This document shows, piece by piece, positions 1 through 13,023 of a DNA stretch of 64,000 bases. The stretch lies in assembly GCA_973895155.1 (NCBI GenBank), contig OZ316898.1:12051187-12115186 (forward strand), written 5' to 3'. The stretch comes from Marsupella aquatica. Taxonomy: Eukaryota > Plantae > Marchantiophyta. The stretch's first letter is position 1. Each line of letters opens with the position of its first letter. The notes under the pieces are model-generated. The model was given only the letters and a program-made list of their open reading frames with translations, had not been told where the DNA came from and did not search any database. A program made the position numbers and the translations under genes.

Positions 1-3000
1 AAGCTTCTGGGATTTGCACAACTCTAGTAGGTGACCTGTATTTTGTGCTAGCTCTTGGAGTCTTGCGTCCTTGTGATCCTGGCGAATGAACAATCAGCTT
101 CTTGTGGCTAGCATTTCTCATCACAGAATGCATTACAGCAATGATATGTACTGTCAAAGTTGGTGGAGCGTCTATGTAGAACCTAAGAGTGCCGTTCGGA
201 TCTGCTGTGACGTCGATCAGTAAGTTGCCCGCCGCATTCAATCAATCGCGCATCATCATACATTCATTCAAGACAGTGAATGTCCTGAAGATCCAATTCG
301 GCAATTCCCCTATCATAAGTCTGTTGGGATTGTGATGGCGATGGTCACGTACACTGCCACCAAGCTACCTGGCAGCTGCTGCTCAGCTGCTCCACTACAG
401 ATGTAGATGCAACACAGACAATTCAGAATTGAATAGCCATGAGCGGGTACGTAATGTACTTGCTCACACCTCATTTAACGATCACCCCTGCTCCAGGTGT
501 GGCCGACTTGCCGGCCACCAAGAGATAGAAAAGTCATCATCGATGTACTGAATCGAAGTATCTCTGGTCCAAGCTGGTGATTGGTTTACAGCTTCAGGTA
601 CGGCAGAAATGCAGTAGTGCTGAAGCTCATGTGCATGCTCTTCTCCAGCAAGCAGCCAGCGCCTGCGCGTAAAACAGTACGCACTTTGATCGAGGCTGTC
701 TGTCCTGAATTGGTTTCATCGATGAAGCACGGATTCCTTTTCAGCGATATTACGACTCCCCGTGCCCGTGCATCTCAGCAGGAATGCATGGTATGCCCGC
801 AATCACACATATACGGTACAATCGTCTTCGATCAAACAGACCTGGAGGTCAAGGGTTGGAAGTAGCCCTCTTCCGTTGTGCCACAAGACCACACACAATT
901 GAAGTCGGGGTGAGCTAGAATCAACCGGAGTCTTCCACTTGGGATCGTTAAATTTGGCGATAAACAGCTCGGTCATGGTCGAAACAGTGTTCGCTAAATC
1001 TGCTGTGTGTTTGAAGATACATGGCATTACGATTATGTTGTTGTCTGCAGTACCTGCTCTCAAACCCAAGACGATCGTCTAAAGCAAGTCGTTGCGCCTG
1101 GACGCATGATGGGATCTCAAATCTTCGGCCGTGAAGTCGGTTTTCATAGAAACTGAACGGTTTTCTTCTCCTCTTCTGGAATCACTGATCATGCAACAAC
1201 GTGAAATTACCTAATTCGTCTGATCTGATCGACAAGTCGATCAGAGGATTTTACCTTCTCAGGCGTACAGCATAAGAAAGGGGAGTTTACTACTGTCCAT
1301 CATAAATCGACTCCGAAAAAACGGTGAATTTACTGGCGAATCATCAGGTCCGGTAGGGAATTGTGCACTACTAGTATTGGAGACACTGCCAAGCTCAATT
1401 TGCGAGCTACAGGACTCTTGAAAACTGGACCTTCCTCTTTTTTCGCTGATTGACGGATGGGTTGAGCCTGGAAACTTATAACTTGTAAATACTCGCCGAT
1501 ATTCAGAACGGGAATCGATCGAGCATGAGGGTGAGGAAGGATGAATTCGCCAAATTGTCAGGTCCGGCGCTACTCTGCAGTGCACTGCGAAGCTTTTACT
1601 TTACAAGCAACTGTAGCTACAGAAATCTTGAAAACTGGACCTCCTTTCCTTCCGTCGGCAGACAGATCGATTTTGCCTGGGAAATTGAAAACTTGCCAGC
1701 CAAGCAGATGGTCTGTCCATTTGTAACGGACGCTCATTGGTGTTACGTTTCCAAAATAGTATGCTTATTTTTGACCCGCCATCTCTGGCTAGCTCACTCA
1801 ACCCAGATCAGCCTGCCAGTGTGTGATACGTTACGTTCGCCGTGCATGCTTTAGCGACGTAAGTCAACGGTGATCAGAAGAATGTGGGACGTTAGGTTTC
1901 TCCACTCTCTGGCCAATACTGTACCTTGAAGGAAGTCCTCGCCAATAGGCTACTGTAGTGCCGTCATGAGCAAATAGAATACAGTAGAGAGGCAAGTACA
2001 CGAAAACCAATATAATAATGCTCGAAAAACTCCAAAGGCAGATTCCTAAATGATAGCAATGCGACTCGACTCAATGTAGACCAAAACGCCCACCTCCTCA
2101 CCGAAACGTTCGCTTTGAAGAGAAACAATGGCTTAAGAGAGTGGAATCCATATGAAGGAGCTTGAAGGATATGGCAATTATAGAACATTTCCCAACAATT
2201 GAAATATTGAGAGTAAGATTTCTGTAGCTTTACTTCAGTCGGTCTGTTGCCCAACTTGGTCTCAAGTCTGTCATGGACCACTATCTCGGAAAACTGTGCC
2301 TGATTCGAATAACACTGAGTGACTGCATTGGCTGTCGAAAGATTAATGTTACTTTCGCAAAGCTATTTTTTCTTCCTGTTTTCCGGCACCAATTCTTTTT
2401 CAATCGAGACCCGTGGTCAATTCTGGAATGTCCACATGAGTGAATACCAAAAATGCATTCATTTGAGGCAAGCCTCAGCTATATTATATGAAGTTGCCCA
2501 CCAAAGTACAAACACTCATTGAAACCAAAGGAAAAGCCCTTAAAAACCGCCACAGTGACTGTACCGTGGCATGGATAAGATATGAATATATGATCCCCGC
2601 AACAGGGTCGTGCATGCATGCAGGTGAAGGAATTCGGCGGGCTGCACACTTCCTCGACATGAACGAATATCAGGTGACCAGAAATCAGCAAGATCTTCAT
2701 AATGACTTATGACGCAACTCATACAGCAAGTTTAACAAGGTTTTGGGGCCGGGGCGGAGGCAATGGGAAATTAATGCGACAAGTTATCGATCGACCTTCT
2801 TGCTTCGCGGAATTCTAGCTTTGGCCCAGTGAGGATTCTAGAGAGACAGAATTATAGTGTTTTCTGTATATGTATGTATACTAGGGAGAAACAAAGGCTG
2901 ATAAGGGAGATGACCAGGTGAAATAAAATGTCCCCTTCAATAACTAAGGTGATATGGGAAATGGTCAGGCCAATACTCCCTGAAAATGACATATCTAGTG

Positions 3001-3169
3001 GGATGAATCATATGGTTGTCTTACTTTATTTAATGAAAGATTTTTAAAAAAATAGAGAAGAATATTAGGGTCCTTTAGATCCAGTCTTGAAGAGTATAAG
3101 AAGATATAAGGTTTTGGAATTGAGAGAATATTCTTTTGTTTAAGTTTAAGGGTGTTCATGACTACGAAG

Positions 3170-3208
3170 CATTGCAGGTGATGGGGGTCCTAATAGAGTG
3201 AGACCCCC
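3170..3208 (+). repeat. Dispersed repeat copy (possible decayed LTR/TE family); second copy inverted at ~30129-30165
   Basis: cattgcaggtgatggggg..gagacccc here matches the reverse complement of ggggtctc..cccccatcacctgcaatg at ~30129-30165. Both lie in AT-rich non-genic tracts. Full extent and class were not determined. Confidence 0.45.
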
Positions 3209-4771
3209 GGTGAGACCCTTGAGGGCCCATCAAAGTGCCCAGATGAAAAGGATATACATTTTGGATCATAATATAACAATAGATGCATGAGGGTCCATTT
3301 TTTGGCCCGGGCGTCCATAGAAAGATAACTAAATATAAATATAATTAAAGACAGAATACAGTAAAGGGAGAAAATATTCAGCTCTATTGATTTATGCACT
3401 AATTTTGCAATGCAGGTTGACACCAGGTCGCCCTGCCATTGATTTGGCAAGAGTGCACCCTGAGTGGAATCACAACCATTGGAGACCAAGTGTGGTCGAC
3501 CATGCTATAACTCGCAATCTTTGCACTTCCACAAGTTTATTCTTCTAGTGAATTCAATTCTGTTGAAGAATCACACAACAACCATACCAACATGGGACTC
3601 GACAGCAAGTCCTTCTAATATTGTTACGACGTAGCATGTGAGTTAATGTAGAATCCAACTAAGTTGGTATAGCCAAAATCATTAGACAAATTCTTTACAA
3701 AAGGTCGAGTGTACCCGCTCAAGTTTCGTACAAGACACACAACGAAAAAGATTTAAAAGGTCAGCATATCCTTTGAAAATTTTACCAAAAATTCTTCATT
3801 AGTTTATTTTTTGTTTTTGTTTTGCACATGTTGCAGATATACGTTGTATGTTCCAAGACGCATGTTCCATTTGGTTGTCGTTGTTGCAGTCTTAGACTCT
3901 TTGTTATTGGTGTTCAATCTTTAGGAATTTTGGTAAATGTTTAATCGTAAATAATCTGAAGTCAGCAATCCTTTGGCTTTATGGCAGTTTGATACATACT
4001 CATATGCTCATGCTCTCTTTGTACATTGTCACATGATTTGGAATCACGCTATTGACTCAAGACACAAAGGTCTTGCATTAATATTCAAATGCTGTCCAAA
4101 GCATCATTCATCTTGGAGACGCCAATACAAAAGTAAGTTAAAAACAGAAAATACATTTCAGATAAATACATTTACAATTCCTACAAATAATCATATGAGA
4201 GAGGGCTTTTATTGCAGTTGCAACATTAAGATTGAGGGCTTCAATCATTACAGAGTTACAGACCCTCTCTACAATAAGGACCCCAGGCTCAAGATTAACA
4301 ATCTGGTATGGATTTGTACCTAATACACAGGAACGCTTCTCGGTGAAGGCATAGTTAAATTTGCTTGAACGTCACAACAAGCCATCCTAAGTACGAAAAG
4401 AGCGAAAGTCAGTGGGATGGGGTGACTTGACTGGACTGAGAAAAGACTTGATTAATTAATGGGGGACTTTTAAAGGACTGGGAGGCAGGTCTTCTCTATG
4501 TCTGAGCTGCAATGGGCGGTGGTAGCCATTCAAACGTGGGAACAGACAAGAGTTTACTTTACGTAAACTTAGGGGCAGAATCTAGCAAAACAACTACCTA
4601 TCCTAAAATCACCTGCTAGTGGGGCTGGTCTAAAGAACGAACCAAGTGGTCCATCCTCTAACTAGATCTTGCATTTGTTTCCTGACACATTTTTCTAGGC
4701 ATTCTTAATTAGTATATATATATATAATGGACCTCAACGTGTGAAGCGTCTATTTGTGCCCCAAAGCTATT

Positions 4772-6381
4772 GTAAAGCCCCCAGGAAACTCAGAACTTAC
4801 ACAATGCAGTACGCCACGACAGCACGTTTTGCAATGTGTGAAGCGACTATTTGTGCCCCCCAAGTTATAGTAGAGCCCCCTAGAAAACCCAGGACCGTTG
4901 CACAATACAGTAGGCCAGGATAGCAAGTAATTCTTGTCAGGAGAAGGTTGTGTAACTTTTTTTACTAGGTGCTACTATTCACAAGCATGTGCCCAAAAAC
5001 TCTCATAGGGTAATCTTTGTTCCCGGCAGGTATTATGTATGAGGATCCCTATACGAGTGAGTTGCACTGTGCAAGGAGAGTAAGCCCATAGGGTGTGTTG
5101 CACTGTGTGCAAGGAAAGTAAGCCCATAGGGAGTAGGGCCGGGCATTTATGGGGAAACAGGAAGCATATATGTGTTAGGGGTACACATTTTTTTTTATCA
5201 ATGATCAGAGAAAATAACTAATCGAATCCAACAATTGTGTATCTTTCCCACCCAAGAGCTTTTTTCGTATTGGGAACAAAGACTAAAAAAAGTGTGATCC
5301 TTTATTATAGTTGTAGATAATGACTGTTTGGGTTGGGTTCTAGTTTGAAACTTGTTCTCACAAAGCTAAAAAAAAATTCTTGTGCTCTTGTTGGTCAGCA
5401 TTTCCTCACTTTCTGGTCACAGAGTTACACATTAATAACCCCAGACAAACAGTCATTACACTAGAAGTTTTGCAATGTGTGAAGCAACTATTTGTGCCTC
5501 AAAGTTTTGTAAGGAGGCTTTACAAGATGGTGGGGGCTTTCCAATGTATTTTCATCTAAAACAAAGCAGAGGGTCAATTGCACACACTGAAGTTAAATTA
5601 CCTAAGCTAAATGTGTCAGGTAGGATCAGGGTCAGGATATAAATGCAAAGACCCTGAATAGAAGTGGCCCCTTGGTCCAATCTTTCAGAACACCTGAAGA
5701 GTCAACTGTCTAAGTTTTTGTCTAAGTTTTTGGAAAAAAAACATACACACAGCAGCACAAAAGGGGGCCCACTTGCAGGATCAGTAAAGGTTGTGCATGA
5801 TTGTGTCTCCCACTTCATGTAAAGTGAAGTGTGACCAGTTCTCACATTTCAATGACCAGGATTACATCTCACACATAGAGAAAATCAACAAACCATGCCC
5901 CCTGAGTTCTTGTCAAGCCCTCTAAAGCCCCCTAGAAACCCCAAAATTGTAGTACACTGGTTACTCGAGTTGAATGACTAGGATTACATGTCACACATAG
6001 AAAATTAAGAAAAGAAAAAAATGCCTCAAGTTCCTGTAAAAGTAGAATTCAAAGTGCCAAAAAACAAAACTAAGGCTCCCAAATGGGAGACATGAGACCT
6101 CAAAAAACCCAATTCAGGGAGAAATAGAGAAAGGCCAGAGAGCCAGAAAGACCAGCGCAACAAAAAGAAAAACCAAAGACAAAACTTAAACCCCTATCTA
6201 TAGGCAAACTGAAGAGCTGCAACAAAAAGAAAAACCAAAGACAAAACTTAAACCCTATCTATAGGCAAACTGAAGAGCTGGCTCAAGCCTAAACTTAATA
6301 GGAGGGTCAAAGCCCCCCTATAAGCCCACTAAAGCCCCCTAGAAGACCCAGGACCGCAGTACACAATACAGTACGCCAGGA
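4772..6381 (+). repeat. Region with several dispersed direct copies of an aagcccccta/ggaa..cagtac/ggcc motif and short tandem duplications
   Basis: Related copies at ~4772, ~4872, ~5923 and ~6330. A ~37-bp tandem (gttgcactgtgcaagga.agtaagcccataggg x2) sits at ~5061-5131. Confidence 0.55.
6157..6280 (+). repeat. Near-perfect ~62-bp tandem duplication
   Basis: gcaacaaaaagaaaaaccaaagacaaaacttaaaccc(c)tatctataggcaaactgaagagct occurs twice head to tail, differing by one C. Confidence 0.9.
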
Positions 6382-7615
6382 GAGCAGTACTGTAGCTTAC
6401 TGGTCATGGCGCAGAGCTGAGGAAGTACTACAGTACTAGTACTGTTGTAATTTGCGCGGTCTTTTCTGTCACGGGGGCGCGAGTGCAGTTGGCGGAAGAT
6501 GGTGGCCAGGCACTCATCAAGCGCAGCGCAGCACCACTTTTGCTTTGCTTTTCTACTCGAGTGGCCGGTGCAGGACTGGGGAGGATTCCAAGTATTGCAC
6601 GATGCAAGCAACATCAGTCTCGTCGGCGTCGGCATTCATGCAGATTGTACATCATCAGTAGGTTGACTAATTGGTGTTGATTTCGTCCTGCATGCCGGCA
6701 ACCTGGCGCTGAATCCAATTCATGCCATGGCAACAGCCTTATTTAATAATCCGTTTCTACTAATGTTGCTCATACTTTGCCGGATGAGCAGCGAGCAGCC
6801 GCAGCCCTAGATCTAGCGAGCAGCTGCTGCATGCTCAAGTAATTCAATCCGGTTTGCTCTCTGTTTTCCATGAAGATCCTCGTTGAATTCCTTCTGCTGA
6901 TGGACTGATTGCTCATGAATCTCGTGGATAGTTTCTCTCGTTTTGCCGCATCCCGTTTGTTTCTCCCGGATTTAGGTTGATTTTGAGCTGCGCTGTGTGC
7001 TGATTGAATCGCAGGCTGCCCGTCCAAGAGATAGATGTACTGAAGAATTACCATCGACCTACTGAATGGATGGCTTTGCAGGTCATTCATCTTACCATGA
7101 CTTCTTATGTTGCGCGTTACTGATGCTGCACTTGGACGTACAGTAGAAAGATGTGTCTGAGGAGAGCGATTGTTAGTGGTGTTCCGAGTTTGCTAGCTTT
7201 TGCCTCGCGGCGGGAGTTTCGACTGGATCTTCTTCTCCGAGCATAGTCGAGAGGCATGTTAATTCGCGACTAGTCTGGTACTAACTCTACTCATCAAATG
7301 AATCGATCTTCTGGATGTGTTTCTGCTTGTGCCTTGCCGGTCAGAACCAATGCCGCCTTCCCTTGTTGCATCTACCCTGCCGCCGGTGGTGGACTGCATG
7401 GGCAGGCAGTTATTGAAGATCCACACAGGACCTGAGTAATTGACCTGTTCTTCGATAGAGATTTCCGTCGACTTCCCGCACTCAGTCTTCTCAGTATCGT
7501 CCAGGAGAGCACAGGGGACTAACTGACTCTGAGGTCCTACCATGTGGAAGAACATTCAGTTGTTGTGTTGACTACATGCTTTCCCTTTTGCAGGTCGGAT
7601 TTGGAAGAGTTCACC

Positions 7616-10600
7616 ATGGATTCAGCAGAGATGATCTCTTCTCTTCCCGACGTCATTAGCGATGGTCCAAACACTGGAGAGGGGCTTCTTGCCGCTGCGG
7701 TGGAGGCACCCGAGTCATTGTACCCTGCTGAGCATGTTGCTTTTCGTAGCGAGCCAAAAGCTGCGGCTTTTCTCGCTGAGCAGGAATTATCTGGGAGAGA
7801 ATCCCCAACTACTGCTCAATTCCAAGAAGATACGAATAAACCAGACGAGAATGGGAATGCTAAGAAAGTCGCGGATTGCAGCATTTCAGCTGGAAGATCA
7901 TCCGCTGATGCGGTAGTTGTGCAGCAGATTATGGAGACTGTAGAGATTGAAGTAGACTTGATAACGCCAGCGACGAATGCGGAGGGAAGACCAGATGACG
8001 AAACAGTTGTTGTGGCTTTCAACACGCAGCAAGAGGCAGGCCACGTAGGACTTCTGACTGACGAAGCGGATGGGAAATCCGATGCAGAAGAAATCGTTGT
8101 TGAGGTTATAATGGATAATGATGTGAGGCCTCCTATTAGTGAAGCCCAAGTTTCATCGTTGGGTGAAAGCGGCAGCAATGATCTGGGAGAAGTCCCAGCG
8201 ATTATAGAGATAGTTGGAGAGACTGCAGAAGTGACCGTGGAAGGGTCGGCCAACGCAGCCAAAAATGGGGGTATGGAGCACTCTAGCCAGGTAGGCAATC
8301 CAGGCTACAGCTTACAAATTGAGGCTGTAGTAGTTCCCGATGGAAAGATCAGTGTCAATTCTGCAGAAATTCCCCTTGTTGATGAACAGGGAGCAGCTGG
8401 AGCTGGAGCTGAAGAGGTGGGGAGGATGGAGCTCGATATTAGCTCAATTGTAGGACTTGAGCAGGCAGATGTGGAAGTTATCATATCTGATCCTGCTACT
8501 AGAGGAAATGTATCAAGCGTGGGGAAGGATTCCGCTGCTGATTTGCGTTTCGAAGAGGGAACCTCAATTGACGAGTCTCAATTGATGAACAACTCAGAAG
8601 GAGAAACAGCAAATACATTGGCGGACAGTGTCATGCAATTGGGTACCGGAGATATTTCCGCTGCAGCCGTGCGAACAACAATAGAAGAGGTGCCACCGAT
8701 GGAAGTTTCTGAGAAAGCATTGAATGCTACTGATCTTGCCACCGTCGATCTCAACAACTTCAATGCACCACAGCTGGAAAGCTCAGAAGCCCTGACGACA
8801 CTTGATCAACGTGTTGACAATCCTGCTAGAGCCGATGCACTGAATGGTAGTAATTCTTCAGTGAGGGTGGGGGGAGGATCAGCAGGCGAGAGGACTACAG
8901 CAGCTGAATTGGATTCCAATTTTCTTGCCATGCCAGACAGTCGAGTCACTAGTATGGGACAACCGGGTGGAATTGCTGAAATTACTACAACTACCACGAC
9001 AGACGAGCGAATGGAGGAGAATTTTGGCATTGGAGTGGTGGCTGACACGGGAGCAGAGCTCCCGCTCACTGGGGAAAATGCAGGTCCAACTGATATTGGT
9101 GAGATAGGCCAGGATATTCATATGGCAACTAATGCCGTAGAAAGGGAGGAGCTCTCTAATGCAGAGCAAATCAAGATAAACGAGACATCCTGTGTTCAAT
9201 TGGTTGAGAGGACTGAGATTTTGGGTCCCACACTGGAGACTAATGTGGAGGTTCGCTCTTCCCCTGATGAGGTCGAAACATCATTGGAGACGATCATGGA
9301 GGTTTCGATTGAAAGTCCAGAGGACAGAATTGAGGATCCACATGGTAGTAATTCGAAGGCTGGAACAGCCCTAGGAGAGACCTTGGTCGAGTTTGCGGTG
9401 GAGAAACTGGAAGAGGGCACTGGACTGACGAGCTCAAAGGACAGGACGGAGGAGGAGCAGCCGGCTGACATTCTTCAAGAGATGATCCCCAACGTCACAA
9501 CGGAAGCAGGAGTTCCCTTCGGCGAAACAATGACCAATGTCATTAATCCGAATGACACCACGGTAGTCGAGAGAGGAGAAGACACCGAGATGGTGAATCC
9601 ACCTGCAGCCAAACAGGAGGGAGAAGAGGCTGTTGCAATCATCGAATCTATGGTGCCCGAGAACGAGAGTGGCGAGACGACGGACGATAACCGCATCGAT
9701 CCGGAGGACTGCCTTATTGCCCTTCAGGAGTCGATTGACACAACCATTTCCATTACCACAATTCAGCAAGAATTTGGTCAAGCAGTAACTGAAGATCTTG
9801 ACAGTCACGGAGTACTAATTGGGGTTGGGAGCAGTGTAGAGAGCAGCGGACTTACCATCACGGAGATTGCAGATACCACAGTCACAGTCGAGGTGGAGCA
9901 GCAATCAGTATGGGGTTTGTCTGAACCCCTCATCACCCCACCGGAAGAGGAAATCATTGAAGCAATTGGAGACATATGTCGTGCAGTCGATGACATTGTA
10001 GACACGGAGGAACCTCCCCAAAGCATGGAACGTCTAGTACTCACGGTCACAGGGAACGACGCACAAAATGAATCAAATGACTTGAACTCATTTGATGGGG
10101 AAACTCACACCCCCTCGGAGAGTAATATCGGTACTCAGAACACTGAGCACGCTGCACAAGCAGCAAAGGGTGTCGTCCTTCATGACATGGAACAACAGAC
10201 CACCGGTGTGACTGTTGTCGTGGACATCGCTGAGCCGCTGGATCTTCCAGATGAACGTTCTCTGTTACCCACCCCGAGAAAAACGGACATGGGAGCTGCT
10301 GAGATTGCTGCGACTACTCCGGCTAGTCCTCCGCGAACAATTCCAGAGAACACGCGGCCGACAAATATTGCAGCCGAGGACATCGATCGGCAGGAGGGCT
10401 CGCAGCAAGTGCCTCAAGACGGCAGCCCTGCTATTGCGGAAGCAGTAGATTTACCGAACGAGGACCAACATCTTTGTCTGCCGAGTGAAGTTGTTAGTTC
10501 AGAGGCTTACTCTGTTGACATGGTCGTAGAAGACTGTACGAATTTAAACCCGGTATTTGAGTCGCATTTAGTTTCGAATTCGATGTCTTCTTGCGGTGAG

Positions 10601-13023
10601 GAAAAGCTGTCTTCCAGTCAGAAGTGCGCAACGGCGATTGTTGAGCAAGTGACCGGAGTTGACCAAGATAATACCATCCAACGAGATGCTTCTGACGTTG
10701 TGGCACCGATTACCTATGAATTAGGGTTTGACTCGACGACAGCAGTGGTAGATAATTCGGTGCTTAGTTCTGAGGCGAGGGCCATGGAGTCTATTGAGGC
10801 TAGTAGGTTTACTTCTACACTAGACGAGGACATGGATGGGAGGAGTAATGAGCACACAGAGGAGTGTGCATTGGATGGGTCAGCATACGTTGTAGTGGAT
10901 GGGTTGGAGATAGTTGAAGCTCTCGAGAGGAAAGAGAAGAAGCGGGGGAGGGAAGGGGAAAGTGACGCTGTAGCCGAAGACACGGAGAACATTCCAAAAG
11001 CTGCCAAAACCTCGAACGGGGAGATTTCTGTATTAAATGACATTGGAGCCAACGATGTCGAGATCGGGGAGGATGTACAGGTAGATAAGAAGCGATCGAG
11101 GGATGAATTGGAAACAGTCTCGGCAAACCCTGATGTTTCCATCGGAAACAAGCTTCAAAAGATTGGAGCTGTTGATGATAATGCTGTTTCTCAATGCCGC
11201 AAGGGAGACACTGAGGAGGAGGATGCTAATGAATGCGTGGATATGGAAGACAAGGAGGATTCTCACGAGAAGAGTGTCAGCGGAGCAGGGCAGGATTCTG
11301 CAGCTCCACGCTACAAGAAAAGGAAGATTGCTGTGTTTCTTGGTTACTCTGGAGCAGGTTACCAGGGAATGCAAAAGAATCCAGGAGCAATCACCATCGA
11401 GGGCGAGCTAGAGGAAGCTCTTTTCAGAGCTGGAGCAATTGCAGAATCGAATTATGGACACCCGCAAAAATTGGATTGGAGAAGAGCCGCTAGGACTGAC
11501 AAAGGCGTGAGTGCCGTGGGTCAAGTGGTTTCGGGGACGTTCTTCGTTGACCCTCCAGGGTTTATTGAAAGAGTAAATTCGCACCTTCCGAAGCAGATCC
11601 GAGTGTATGGGTACAAGAGAGCGACTGCAGGTTTCAACGCCAAAAAACTTTGTGATCGCCGCAAGTACGAATATGTTCTCCCTGTGTATGCATTTGACCC
11701 CACTGTACATCTGGATAGAGAGACCGCACAGGCTCTAGCCGCTGCCGACAAGGGTAATTCCTTCAATGAGACCGAGATCAAAGCTACCGCAACGGAGGTT
11801 TCTGGCGCAGCAGTTGAAACCGATGCATCTGTGGTGATTGAACTTGAGATTAAAGAAACTATCATGGAGGAAAGCACAGAAACATCAGTTGAACCTGTTG
11901 GGGAAACAATTGTCAGCTTATCAACGGATGCCACCAATAATGTAATCCCCAAAATTGAAGCAAGGGAGGGCAATCAGAGCTCCAGCAATGGAATGGCCGC
12001 AGTCACGGAAGAGGTAACTACGGTGACAGAGGTTGCTCACGAGAACGTAGCAGCAGGGGAAATACTCTTAGAAGCCGGGGTCAATCTTAGTCCTGAGAAA
12101 AAGCAGGATATGGATGAGAAGGAAAGCATTGCGCTGGTCGAGGTCCTTGTACAGACAAAGGAGGTCTCAAGAGAACGAACAGAGGTGACTGTTCCTGAAA
12201 CTGTGATAGATCTGACCGCTGAGGGAAAAAAGGAAGCTTTGGATGAAAAGGTGAAAAAGAGTACGTATCAGTTTGATGACGCGGAGTTAAATCGCCTGAA
12301 CAGAATTCTGAGTGGCTTTGAGGGTCACCACAATTTCCATAACTTCACGGCCCGCACTAAGGCCACTGATCCAAGTGCCAACCGATACATAATCTCGTTT
12401 GGAGTCGAAAACACATTCACTATTAATGGAATAGAATTCGTGCGGTGCTCCGTTGTAGGGCAGAGTTTCATGCTACATCAGATTCGGAAGATGATAGGTC
12501 TCGCTGTGGCAATAATGCGAGGTACTGCTCCAGAGTCCATCCTTGCTACTGCTCTAAGGAGGTAAGAATACTTCCCTACAAGTAGAGACTTGTGTTGCAG
12601 TATCTGTTTGTTCCCCAGCGTTCACACTATTGTCGAATTCTTTGAGATGTTTGACGTCTGTATTTCATAGTCTACGGTGAGTAGACGTTAGTCGACTCAC
12701 TGGGCAATGTTCTTAATAGAATTTTGGTGGTGATCAGGGATGCCAAGATTAATGTGCCGATGGCTCCTGAGCTCGGTCTTTTCTTAGAGGAGTGCTACTA
12801 CTCCGCCTATAACAGGAGGTTTAAGGCAACACATGAGGAGATGTCTCTCAACTCATTTTCGGCTGAAGTAAACGAGTTCAAGAAAGAGTTCATATATCCA
12901 CACATCGGATCTACAGAGGCGAGGGACTCCACCTTTGCTATGTGGCTTCATTCACTCAACGACCGTCACTATCCAGATTTTGTTGCAGCAAGGGAGGCAG
13001 AAAAGCTCATCAAATCTCTTTGA
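7616..13023 (+). CDS. PUS1: tRNA pseudouridine synthase (TruA/PUS1 family) with a very long acidic N-terminal extension; exons 7616-12561 and 12738-13023, ~1743 aa
   Basis: Motifs KKRKIAVFLGYSGAGYQGMQ, RAARTDKGVSA (catalytic Asp), RRKYEY, GHHNFHNFT, GQSFMLHQIRKMIG and, after an AG|GTAAGA...CAG| intron, VPMAPELGLFL. The ATG at 7616 follows a 5'UTR acceptor (ttttgcag, 7593), so the ORF-track start at 7544 is intronic. Confidence 0.92.

Noticed and set aside
1-1100. Possible 5' exons of a minus-strand gene (ORF 803-1069, splice-like sites near 842 and 663, open frame running off the left end)
   Set aside because: Could not build a stop-free spliced model or recognise a domain, so it is left unannotated.
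7544-7615. ORF-track N-terminus MEEHSVVV... of the 1673-aa ORF
   Set aside because: Starts at GTG and crosses a polypyrimidine/CAG acceptor at 7593. The real start is ATG 7616.
7816-11973. Numerous antisense Ser/Thr-rich ORFs
   Set aside because: Shadows of the biased PUS1 coding strand.
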